Source of the DNA: Polyangia bacterium
GTDB taxonomy: Bacteria > Myxococcota_A > Polyangia > JAAYKL01
Reading direction: 5' to 3'
Assembly (NCBI GenBank): GCA_050287845.1
Contig: JBNKCR010000098.1
Span: 192,001 to 256,000 of the forward strand
Length of the DNA stretch: 64,000 nucleotides
Made by a program: the position numbers and the translations under genes. Positions within the stretch are counted from its first letter, which is position 1. The number at the start of each line of letters is the position of its first letter. This document shows positions 38,949-48,241 of this stretch, one piece after another. The notes beneath the pieces were generated by a model. That model saw only the letters and a list, made by a program, of their open reading frames with translations, searched no databases and was not told the origin of the DNA.

Positions 38949-40802
38949 ATGCAACAGAAAATTTCTAAGGGGACCATCCTCGGCGACAGATTTGTGATAG
39001 ATGAGTTGGCAAACCAGGGCGACATGGGGCAACTTTATAAGGCAAGGGATAATGCCACAAAAAAGATAGTTGCCGTCAGGGCGATTCCTCTGTCGCTTCT
39101 TAACAATGGATTTCTTGACCATCTCAAGGCGCGGATGCAGCAGACATCAACGCTGTCCCATCGAAATATTCGTGCGACCTATGGTATGGGAATCAAAGAT
39201 GATTTCGTATTTATCGCAGCAGAGTGGGTAGATGGGCAAAATTTACAGTCGCTTCTGAAGAAGCGAACTGACGATGAAAAACGATTCTCGTTCAAAGGCG
39301 CGTACAACATTATTGGTCACGTATGCAACGCCTTGAGTCACGCCCATGAAAATGGCTGTTATCACGGCGCATTGAACCCGCATAGCATTATGGTGAACAA
39401 TGCGGGGCGTGTGAAGGTCCATGACTGGCCGTTGTCCACCATAAGAATCAACAAGACCGATTATGCTGGCCGCACAAAAATGGAAGCTGCATATTGGTCT
39501 CCGGAAGCGCTGAAGGCGCCGAAAACGGTTTCATATAGGGCGGACATCTTTTCGCTCGGTGCATTGTTCTACAGTCTGATTACCGGACGCACGCCACAGC
39601 GACCTCTGATTGCACCCAGTAAACTGGGATTTTCTGCTGAGGCGGACAGCATTATTGCCAGGTGCATGGCCGCTGACCCGAAACAGCGCTTAAAGTCTGC
39701 TCTTGAGGTAAAGCAGGCAATCAAGCAACTGGCAGCCACCACGAAAACATCGATCGCACCGCCTGGGGCAGTGGACGATGATCTTGGAATCGATATTGAT
39801 GTTGAATTTGATGCCAGTGATGGCGACAATGATTCCCCCGGCAGAGGTGGGATGTTGGATGCTTCCGATTTACCTCCTCCTCCCACCGCCAACGTCTCGA
39901 ATGACAGAGCGTCCACCATCGATATGGGGGCAATACTGGCTCGAACGGCACAGAATGATTCCGCCCGGTGGATGGTTCAGAAAGATAAATTCGATCATGG
40001 GCCGTTCAACGATCGGGAACTGATTCAAATGATTATGCTTGGCGAGGTATTGGGCACCCATATGCTAACTAATATGGATACCGGAGAGCGAAAGCAGGTT
40101 CGCGCCTGGGGGGACTTCGATGCGTATCTGGAGAAATATCGTCTGAAAAAGCAGCAGCAGGACGAACAGGCGGCGTTGAAGAAAACAGAAAAGGCGGAAT
40201 CGCGCGGAATGGTGTTCAAACTGGTGGTCGCGGCAGGTGTTCTGGGGTTGATCGGGTTACTTGTCGGCGGCTATTTTTTGACGCGCACCATGCGGCGAGA
40301 GAAACAACTGGGCCCGGATGAGATGGTGAGCGCATTTGATAGCGGCGAAATCCAGATTAAGATGGGGTCAAAAATGAATGCTGGTGGCGGTAAAGGGCGA
40401 AACGGAACTCGCAGTGGCGGTAAAAGTAAACGGCGCAGTAGCAGCGGCGGGGGGGGAGGTAGCAGAGAATTTGCCAACGGAATGAGTTACGAGGAAGCGA
40501 TGAATATGGGCGTTGCCCTTGGAGATTTGAGTTCATCGGGGGGGCGTCGACTTACTTCTGAAGATATAAATGGGATTATGCGTAGAAACGTCCGAAAATT
40601 TATTCCCTGTATCGCCGGAGAATCCGTGAAACGTGTGGATATGAATATCGCGGTGGCCGGTGATGGGCGTGTCATGGGGGTATCCGTGCAACAGGGAAGT
40701 CCAAAGATGAAAAACTGTATCCAGAAAAAAGTGCGCGGCATCAACTTTCCATCGTCAAACCAGGCTCGTACCGCTACTTCGTGGTATTTCGAAATCTATT
40801 AA
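38949..40802 (+). CDS. Ser/Thr pseudokinase - GYF_2 - TM - AgmX/PglI(TonB-C-like) domain protein
   Basis: Kinase fold with degenerate catalytic motifs (VAVR, HGALNPHS, VHDWP) but YWSPE and DIFSLG kept; WMVQKDKFDHGPFNDRELIQMI (GYF_2-like); TM; G-rich linker; C-terminal domain with two Cys. Confidence 0.78.
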   Translation: MQQKISKGTILGDRFVIDELANQGDMGQLYKARDNATKKIVAVRAIPLSLLNNGFLDHLKARMQQTSTLSHRNIRATYGMGIKDDFVFIAAEWVDGQNLQSLLKKRTDDEKRFSFKGAYNIIGHVCNALSHAHENGCYHGALNPHSIMVNNAGRVKVHDWPLSTIRINKTDYAGRTKMEAAYWSPEALKAPKTVSYRADIFSLGALFYSLITGRTPQRPLIAPSKLGFSAEADSIIARCMAADPKQRLKSALEVKQAIKQLAATTKTSIAPPGAVDDDLGIDIDVEFDASDGDNDSPGRGGMLDASDLPPPPTANVSNDRASTIDMGAILARTAQNDSARWMVQKDKFDHGPFNDRELIQMIMLGEVLGTHMLTNMDTGERKQVRAWGDFDAYLEKYRLKKQQQDEQAALKKTEKAESRGMVFKLVVAAGVLGLIGLLVGGYFLTRTMRREKQLGPDEMVSAFDSGEIQIKMGSKMNAGGGKGRNGTRSGGKSKRRSSSGGGGGSREFANGMSYEEAMNMGVALGDLSSSGGRRLTSEDINGIMRRNVRKFIPCIAGESVKRVDMNIAVAGDGRVMGVSVQQGSPKMKNCIQKKVRGINFPSSNQARTATSWYFEIY

Positions 40803-40808
40803 TGAGTT

Positions 40809-41411
40809 TTGTTTTCCACAGAGATGTATATTCAGCACGGTCATAGGAGGTTTGGTTCTTTTACCGTTCCTTGCGTTATTTTTTTGTTTTCCGTATCTAT
40901 TTTTGCACAGGACAACAATTTTGATTTACGTCGCTCCCCACGGACATCTTTTTTTCCTTCGTATGAAGAGGAAAGCCGTATCCAGCAGCGAGAACTCGAA
41001 CGTGCGCTGGAGACAACTTTAAAATCGATTCCTTCCATCTCCGGGGCTCGCGTTCATTTATCGTTAAATCCAGGGGCGCTCTGGAGAGGAAAACAGACGC
41101 CGTCCAGCGCGTCCGTTGTCCTGATCTCGGAGAACCCTTCTCGGGTTGAAAAGAAAGAAGTGAAAAAACTGGTAAGCGGCGCAGTGTCTGATGTCAGCGA
41201 GAATAACATTAGTGTTTTGGTGTATGGACTGAGAGCTGTCGATGCGCCACAGCAAATGGGCCGGGATCAAGCGCAGATGCTGTTTGCCACCGATGATGGC
41301 AGCGTACAAAAAAGAATTCTGATTTGTGTGATTGTCTTTCTGCTCGGAGCCGCCACAGTGGTTCTGGGCATTGGCGTGGCACGTTATGTCAATCGAAAAA
41401 AGTGGTTGTAA
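40809..41411 (+). CDS. YscJ/FliF (SctJ)-family ring-building motif protein, truncated
   Basis: FFPSYEEESRIQQRELERALETTLKSIPSISGARVHLSL...SASVVL...EVKKLVSGAVSDVSENNISVL plus C-terminal TM. Start TTG 40809 or ATG 40824. Confidence 0.82.
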   Translation: MFSTEMYIQHGHRRFGSFTVPCVIFLFSVSIFAQDNNFDLRRSPRTSFFPSYEEESRIQQRELERALETTLKSIPSISGARVHLSLNPGALWRGKQTPSSASVVLISENPSRVEKKEVKKLVSGAVSDVSENNISVLVYGLRAVDAPQQMGRDQAQMLFATDDGSVQKRILICVIVFLLGAATVVLGIGVARYVNRKKWL

Positions 41412-41444
41412 GGCGCAAGGTTGCCCGCTCTTTGCACTTCAACC

Positions 41445-42542
41445 TCAGTCTGAGTCTCCGGAGATTGTGAAATAGAAAGTTGCGCCACGGTCTACTTCCG
41501 ACTCAGCCCAGATAGTCCCACCATGACGCTGAATGATGCGCTTCACCGTTGCAAGACCAACGCCTGTTCCTTTGAATTCTTTTTCGAGGTGGAGGCGTTG
41601 AAATACACCAAAGAGCCGATGATAGCTTTTCATATCAAAACCGGCGCCGTTGTCCCGGATAAAAATAGCCTCTCCGCGATCTGTTTCGCGACGCCCCATA
41701 GAAATCACCGAAGTTTCCTTTTTGCTTGAATATTTCCAGGCATTTCCAATCAGGTTTTCCAGAATGTGCTCTGTCAGTCCCGGATCGGCTTTAACCGTCA
41801 GTCCATCTTCAATATGTACCATCGGATTCTGGTCCGGAAATTCCACTCTCAAATTTTCAACAATTCTTCTGGCGATTTTTGAAAGGTCAATCTGTGTTTT
41901 TTCTAGCGGTTTTCTCGATAATCTCGACAACGTGAGAAGATCCTCAATCATGGTATTCATTCGCTTGGTCGCGGTCCGGATTCTGCTCAGGTGATCGAGA
42001 CTTTCTGCTGGAAGAATATCGGAACAGTCTTCCTGTAGCATCTCACTGAATGCATCTATGGCGTGAAGAGGACTTCGCAAGTCGTGGGAAATGGAATAAT
42101 TGAAAGATTCCAATTCTTTGTTGGCAACCTCCAGATTACGCCGATGTCGCTTGTTTTCTTCAATAAGCATTGATTTTTCGATGCTTTTATTGATTGAATG
42201 CATCAGTATGTTCATGTCAGCGATCGGTTTGAGAATAAAATCCCAGACGCCAAAGCGCAGTGCCTTCACGACGTCCGAAAGATCTCCGGTGCCGCTCATG
42301 ACAATAATCGGCAGCGAAGGGTAACTGACACCGATTTTTTCTATCAGTTCAAAGCCGTCCATCACCGGCATCCGGATATCCGTTACAATGACATCCGGCT
42401 TTATCCTGGTGAGGATGTCCAAGGCGGCACTTCCGTTCTCCGTCTGGTGAACGATGAAATCGTTGTCTTCGAGATACATTCCCGCTGATGTCCGGATTGT
42501 TTCGTCATCCTCGACCAATAAAATGATTCGATTGGAGTTCAT
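41445..42542 (-). CDS. Hybrid response regulator / histidine kinase
   Basis: LLVEDD, TDIRMPVMDG, FNYSISHDLRSPL, NLIGNAWKYS, DNGAGFDM, GTGVGLA. ATG 42542 after GGGGAG. Confidence 0.94.
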   Translation of the reverse strand: MNSNRIILLVEDDETIRTSAGMYLEDNDFIVHQTENGSAALDILTRIKPDVIVTDIRMPVMDGFELIEKIGVSYPSLPIIVMSGTGDLSDVVKALRFGVWDFILKPIADMNILMHSINKSIEKSMLIEENKRHRRNLEVANKELESFNYSISHDLRSPLHAIDAFSEMLQEDCSDILPAESLDHLSRIRTATKRMNTMIEDLLTLSRLSRKPLEKTQIDLSKIARRIVENLRVEFPDQNPMVHIEDGLTVKADPGLTEHILENLIGNAWKYSSKKETSVISMGRRETDRGEAIFIRDNGAGFDMKSYHRLFGVFQRLHLEKEFKGTGVGLATVKRIIQRHGGTIWAESEVDRGATFYFTISGDSD

Positions 42543-42726
42543 TATTTCTCCCCCATACCAGGACTCATACAATTCTCAACAGTCAACAATATCTGAAGTC
42601 GCTGACCATGCGAACTCGCAGCTGTTTTTTACTGTATTCGCTGGCTAACTCTACCGGAGAAAAAGGAATCAATGCAATTGTTTTCTGAGTACCCCCCCAC
42701 TGAGCACGTGCAAGAAAGAAAGGGGG

Positions 42727-45700
42727 TTATGTCCAGATAACCAAACCTGTCTCCTGCGTACAGGTCAGAAGTGGATGCGTGGGAACAACCCTCAACGCGT
42801 ATCGGAACGTTCCGCTGAAATCAAGCTGATGAGAAAGTGAATACCTGAATACCGTGGGATCTGGAGATTCGATTGGATGCATCGAAATGGTTCTTGGTTC
42901 GTCTGCAAAACGTTCACCGGCGTCCTGGCCGATGATCAGCTCCGCTCTCAGCTCCTCCTTTTTCATTTTACCGGGGATCACATTCATTTCAACTTCCAGC
43001 GGTGTGTTGGCGGGTAGCATGTCTCCATCCAGTCCTTTGATTTTAACATGATCAATCTGAACAGTTGAAAATCGTGCTTTGATGCTTCGTTTCCAGTCCG
43101 TCAGTACAGCAATGCCATTGTAATTATCGCTTCGAAGCTGATTGGCTCTCAGTGCCGTTGGGATATAAAGTCGCGTATGATATTCGTCGACCATGCGCAT
43201 GGTTGAAAACACTGGAACCAGTTTTTTATATGCGGCTTTCATCCTCGCAACCCATGACGAAGGGATATTCTGCTTATCCCGATCATAATATTCCGGCGCG
43301 ATTTCATTCATCAGAATATTGAAAAGCGCGTTGTTATCCATTTCGTCCTGATGGTTTCTATCAATCGGTGTCGCGGTGCAATTGATAGCATAGCCGACGT
43401 CGTCGTCATATCCTTCATCCCACCAACCGTCGAGAATGGAGCAGTTGATTCCACCATTCGGTACCACTTTCATTCCGCTGGTGCCACTGGCTTCGTGTGG
43501 GCGAACGGGAGTGTTCAACCACACATCCACACCCTGAGTAAGCAAACGCCCCAACTTCATATTGTAATTTTCAAGGTAGAAGATCTTGCCTTTAAATTCT
43601 GGTGTATGGGACTCGTCAATAATTTTTTTTATTAACTCCTTGCCCTGCGCGTCTGCAGGATGCGCTTTTCCTGCAAACAAAATCTGGATTGGCTTTTCGG
43701 GGTTGCTCAGCAGGTTTGCCAGAGCATCCCGGTGTTTGAAAAGCAATGTACCCCGCTTGTACGTTGCAAAACGCCTCGCAAATCCAATGGTAAGCGCATC
43801 CGGGTTCAAGCCCTCAATGGATTCTTTGATGAAAGTTGGGGTTTCACCACGGCGGCTATAATCGGTGTACAATTTTTCCTTGAGCTGCTCAATCAACCTT
43901 TTTTTCTGTGAACGATGTTCGTACCACAGTATTTCATCAGGAACCTTGTCGATGCCCATCCATACAATGGGATCGTCCTGATTATCATCCCAATTGATGT
44001 CCAGATATTGATCCAGCAATCTTTTCACGTCTTCACCAATCCATGAGGTGATATGAATACCGTTGGTGATGGAAGTAATTGGTACTTCGTCCTGGTCCAG
44101 TTCCTTCCAGACATCCTGCCACATTTCTCGGCAAACTTTACCATGCAGTTTGGATACACCGTTGGCTCTGCTCGAAAGCTTCAGCGCGAGAACAGTCATT
44201 GAGAAGGCGCGATTTTTCTCACCAGGTTTGGAAAATCCCATCTCCATCAATTGATCAAACGTAATTGACAGCCTTGCGGGTATATCCGAAAAATATTTGT
44301 GCATCAAATCCACGTCAAACGTTTCATTGCCGGCAGGGACCGGCGTATGGGTGGTAAACACCGATGATGCCTTGACCATTTCGCGTGCTTCCTGAAAGCT
44401 GAGTCCTTCTTTCATCAGACGTTCGATGCGTTCGAATAAAAGAAAACCGCAATGCCCTTCATTGAGATGATAGACTTGCGGCTTCAACCCCAGTTTATCT
44501 TCAATAAGCTTTACGCCGCCCATTCCGAGAATGATCTCCTGTTCAATGCGCATCTGTTTCCCGCCACCGTAAAGCTTGGATGATATTCGGCGGTCATCGG
44601 GGTGGTTTTCCTCCACGTCGGTATCCAGAAGATATAGATTGATTCTTCCCACCTGGACCTGCCATACTTTAGCAGTGACGTCTCGGCCTGCCAGCGGTAC
44701 AATAATCCGCACTTCCTGATTATTACTGTCCCGAACGGCTTGTATCGGAAGCCCCGAGGGGTCCATCACCGGATAATGTTCCACCTGCATACCGTTAATA
44801 TCAATTTGCTGCTGGAAATATCCCTGCTTATAAAAGAACCCGATACCGATAAGTGGCAGATTCAAGTCGGACGCCGACTTCATATGGTCTCCGGAAAGTA
44901 CACCCAGACCACCGGAGTAAATGGGTAAGCATTCGTGAATGCAGAACTCCATCGAGAAGTAGGCAATCGGATGCGTGATACTTAATGCTCCCCCGGTGTC
45001 GTATTGTCGGCCCGGAGCGGCCAGATAGCTTTCGAAAGAATCGATCAGGCGGTTATACTTCTTCAGATACACGGGATCGTTTACTTTTTCTTCAAGAACA
45101 CTGGGGTGAATCCGTTCCAGAAATTGCACTGGATTTGATTCTACTTCGTTCCACAGATACGGATCGAGATGCTCAAACAGCTCGCAGGCCTCCGGATGCC
45201 ATGCCCACCAGAGGTTGTTGGCCAGCTTGCCCAGTTTGCTGAAAGGCTCGGGCAACTGAGGCGCAACCGTCAATCGTCGGTAGTGCGGTCCAGGACCTTC
45301 CGCACCTTTGAATGCGATAAAGAGCTCGTCTGAAAATGCGCTGGTATCGAGGGAGTTCAAACGTTTTTCTGCAATGATGCTCGCTGCGATGTAGCTTTTC
45401 TGGTAATTGCGGTAAAAGGAGGACCAACACGCCGAGTCGGCAATCTTGCGCGCCTGCAACCGCATGGATTCTACGTCGGAATCGTGAGTGAATACCATTT
45501 GATTGAGAACGCTGAAAAGAGAATCACAAATCGAATCGAAAGATTTGTTTGCACGCTCAATTACGTGCACGGCGTCGCCGACTGAAATATTCAGTTCCCG
45601 TACCCAGCGACCGAATCCCGCGACATCACTGGTGATAGTTGGCACGCCAACGGCGATACTTTCCATGGGAGTGTATCCCCATGGCTCATAGCTGGAGGGA

Positions 45701-46977
45701 AAAACACCAAGGTCAAATGAAGAGAGTAACTGATAATAATTTGTATTGAACAATCCATCTTCCTTGTTGATATACAGCGGCGAAAAAATAACCTTCACCT
45801 TGCTTGATGAATTGTTGTTAAGCCCCAGACGATGGCAGGTCTGTACGATGGCGTCGTATTGTTCGTTGAAGAGGTCATGGGTCAATATCCCCGGCTCATC
45901 TTCTTCATCCATAGGAGCTCCCGCCAGGCGTGCCCGGAAGCTTTCTTTCAGTCCGTCATTTCCGCTGGCAATGAGAAACCACGATACAACTGTGGGCGCG
46001 TCGTGATTTTCTCGAAGTTCGCTGTTCAGCCGGGCAAGACTTTCCAGCACGACATCGTACCCTTTGTTGTGATATTCGTAACGACCTGCTGTCACCCATA
46101 ACCTGGTATTTTCCGGCAACTGGCAGCCAAGAAAGGTTGACGCCAGCGAAAAAACTTTCTGTCGGGTTTCAGCCACGTTGTGACGGATTGATTGCAGCGT
46201 TCCAAGTGCCTCCGTGCTGATGCCGTTGTACACCAGGTAATGGGGGCGAACGCCAATCATTTTCAGGGATTCGTCCGCTGTCACATTACTGACGGTCGTG
46301 AAAATATCCGCTTCTCTCGCGCACACACCTTCAAGGGATGCTTTGGCAGATACGCCATAGTTGGAAGCCTCCCGGGCAGGGTCAACATCAACATCGGCAG
46401 AGTAGATATCAATTCCTGCTCCGCACATAGCCCGACCCAAAACTGTTGCGTGGGTAGTGAATACAGTGCCAATTTCTGGCGTTGTTTTTTTAAGATGCAG
46501 CAATCCTGCGCCACTCATCCATTCATGAAAGTGGGCTGCTGCGGTATCTTCCGAGGTCAGGAGTGTTTCATGGATTGTTTCAATTACTTCACCACAGGCG
46601 GTCGCAAAAATAACCGGTTCAATATAGTCCCATTTGCTGCCCATAGAATTGACACCAAAGCGCTGCCAATATTGGTATAACAGTTTTCCTGAATCGTATC
46701 TGTCCTTGAAGTGCACCAGGATAACACGGGGGTGTCCCTCGGTTTTCCAGCGCCCCAATTTGCATATAAGACCTTTTTCTTCAAGCATCGGGCGGAGCGC
46801 GCGATAGGCGTCATCGTCGGATTCCTCAAAATCTGCGTTATTTTCGAGCATCGGTCCCAGAAGGAAGTAGTTGTCTCCATAATCGTTCACGGCCTGTGTG
46901 GCCTTAGAACGGATTACGGTGTGAATTCCGCCCACCATGTTGCATACTTCCCAGCTTACTTCGAACAGGTATTTCAT
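42727..46977 (-). CDS. Fused GT3 glycogen synthase / GT35 alpha-glucan phosphorylase
   Basis: N-half LFEVSWEVCNMVGGIHTV, HFHEWM, FTTHAT, GRYEYHNKG, YEPWGYTPME (GT3). C-half YSGGLGVLSGDH, HLNEGH, GFARRFATYKR, EASGTSGMK (PLP Lys). GGAGGAG RBS. Confidence 0.93.
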   Translation of the reverse strand: MKYLFEVSWEVCNMVGGIHTVIRSKATQAVNDYGDNYFLLGPMLENNADFEESDDDAYRALRPMLEEKGLICKLGRWKTEGHPRVILVHFKDRYDSGKLLYQYWQRFGVNSMGSKWDYIEPVIFATACGEVIETIHETLLTSEDTAAAHFHEWMSGAGLLHLKKTTPEIGTVFTTHATVLGRAMCGAGIDIYSADVDVDPAREASNYGVSAKASLEGVCAREADIFTTVSNVTADESLKMIGVRPHYLVYNGISTEALGTLQSIRHNVAETRQKVFSLASTFLGCQLPENTRLWVTAGRYEYHNKGYDVVLESLARLNSELRENHDAPTVVSWFLIASGNDGLKESFRARLAGAPMDEEDEPGILTHDLFNEQYDAIVQTCHRLGLNNNSSSKVKVIFSPLYINKEDGLFNTNYYQLLSSFDLGVFPSSYEPWGYTPMESIAVGVPTITSDVAGFGRWVRELNISVGDAVHVIERANKSFDSICDSLFSVLNQMVFTHDSDVESMRLQARKIADSACWSSFYRNYQKSYIAASIIAEKRLNSLDTSAFSDELFIAFKGAEGPGPHYRRLTVAPQLPEPFSKLGKLANNLWWAWHPEACELFEHLDPYLWNEVESNPVQFLERIHPSVLEEKVNDPVYLKKYNRLIDSFESYLAAPGRQYDTGGALSITHPIAYFSMEFCIHECLPIYSGGLGVLSGDHMKSASDLNLPLIGIGFFYKQGYFQQQIDINGMQVEHYPVMDPSGLPIQAVRDSNNQEVRIIVPLAGRDVTAKVWQVQVGRINLYLLDTDVEENHPDDRRISSKLYGGGKQMRIEQEIILGMGGVKLIEDKLGLKPQVYHLNEGHCGFLLFERIERLMKEGLSFQEAREMVKASSVFTTHTPVPAGNETFDVDLMHKYFSDIPARLSITFDQLMEMGFSKPGEKNRAFSMTVLALKLSSRANGVSKLHGKVCREMWQDVWKELDQDEVPITSITNGIHITSWIGEDVKRLLDQYLDINWDDNQDDPIVWMGIDKVPDEILWYEHRSQKKRLIEQLKEKLYTDYSRRGETPTFIKESIEGLNPDALTIGFARRFATYKRGTLLFKHRDALANLLSNPEKPIQILFAGKAHPADAQGKELIKKIIDESHTPEFKGKIFYLENYNMKLGRLLTQGVDVWLNTPVRPHEASGTSGMKVVPNGGINCSILDGWWDEGYDDDVGYAINCTATPIDRNHQDEMDNNALFNILMNEIAPEYYDRDKQNIPSSWVARMKAAYKKLVPVFSTMRMVDEYHTRLYIPTALRANQLRSDNYNGIAVLTDWKRSIKARFSTVQIDHVKIKGLDGDMLPANTPLEVEMNVIPGKMKKEELRAELIIGQDAGERFADEPRTISMHPIESPDPTVFRYSLSHQLDFSGTFRYALRVVPTHPLLTCTQETGLVIWT

Positions 46978-47019
46978 GATGTTACTCCTCCAAGACACCC
47001 GGGGTGCCTCGATTTCACA

Positions 47020-48201
47020 TTAGCGATTGAGCGTTGTCTCAAAATCAGCAAGAACATTCTGATAATTTATGTATGCATCGTAGGGACTGCTGTATGGGTT
47101 GAAATATTTGTGAACGTCGCCGTCCGCGAACCACTTGGTACACATGTAATAGAAATGGTCCGAGGTCTGCAGAGAACGCCATGTGCGAATCAGATCCTCA
47201 TCTTCGGTGGCAAGGACCCGTTGCTCCTGTTCAAATACTGCTGCGAGTGCGTCATCCTGAAGATGGTTGCCACGCCAGGCCGACAAATCCCGTTCAATGT
47301 CTGCCCATGAAACAAAATGAGGAACATTCAGTTTTGCAACCGGTGAAAGGGAAGCGGAGACTTCTGCAGGCGTCGCAAAGCGGAAATCGGGGTTTTTAAG
47401 AATCCATTCCGGCAGATGTTCCATGAAATTGAAGATGCCGGAATCCTCCCACTGATGTTCTCCGAAAGTCTCGTAGTCCATAAACAGATTAATCGTCTCC
47501 CCGTTGCCGTTAATGGCATGAACCCAGTTGGCAAACTTTTCGGCAGTGAGGGGATAACTTTCCCAGCCCTTATTGGAAAATCGAAAGGCGATGTCGTCTG
47601 ACAGTTTGTAGTTCTTCAATAAAAGTTTCAACTTGTTACAGGTTTGCGGCTGGTACAGGAAGTTGGGGCTTCGCCAGTCCAGAATATGATCGGCGCCTTC
47701 AGCCAGAATGGTTTTGTATCCCATTTTTTCCACAGCCAGGGCAACGTCATTATTATAAATCAGTTCCGTATTCCTGAAAGTTGTGGGCGTCTGACCAAAT
47801 TCGGCTTGCATCAAGTCGCGATGAAGCATCACCTGACTTCGGAACTCGTCCTGTGAAAAAAGAAATGACAGTGAATGATTGTAAGTTTCATCAATGAACT
47901 CCACACATCCGGTATCTGCCAGCTGTTTGAATGTATCCAGCGTCTCCATGCTGAACTTTCTCATCTGATCCACGCAAACACCGGAGATGGAATATGAAAT
48001 CCTGAATGCTCCCTGGTAACGTTCAATCAGTCTGAGCATCAGGCGATTGGTGGGAAGGTAACATTTCTGCGCCACTTTCTGCATGATGGCGCCGTTTTTC
48101 TCGTCATCCTCGTAAAAATGATCTCGACCGATTTGAAAATATGAATATTTTTTTAATCTGTTGGGTTGATGCACCTGAAAATAGAAACATAGATTAACCA
48201 T
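47020..48201 (-). CDS. Glycoside hydrolase family 57
   Basis: FYFQVHQP, FRNTELIY, DYETFGEHQW, LQTSDHFYYM. Confidence 0.94.
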   Translation of the reverse strand: MVNLCFYFQVHQPNRLKKYSYFQIGRDHFYEDDEKNGAIMQKVAQKCYLPTNRLMLRLIERYQGAFRISYSISGVCVDQMRKFSMETLDTFKQLADTGCVEFIDETYNHSLSFLFSQDEFRSQVMLHRDLMQAEFGQTPTTFRNTELIYNNDVALAVEKMGYKTILAEGADHILDWRSPNFLYQPQTCNKLKLLLKNYKLSDDIAFRFSNKGWESYPLTAEKFANWVHAINGNGETINLFMDYETFGEHQWEDSGIFNFMEHLPEWILKNPDFRFATPAEVSASLSPVAKLNVPHFVSWADIERDLSAWRGNHLQDDALAAVFEQEQRVLATEDEDLIRTWRSLQTSDHFYYMCTKWFADGDVHKYFNPYSSPYDAYINYQNVLADFETTLNR

Positions 48202-48241
48202 ACATGCGCCTCGTTCTGTGTTCTGTGTTCTGTTGTCTTGT

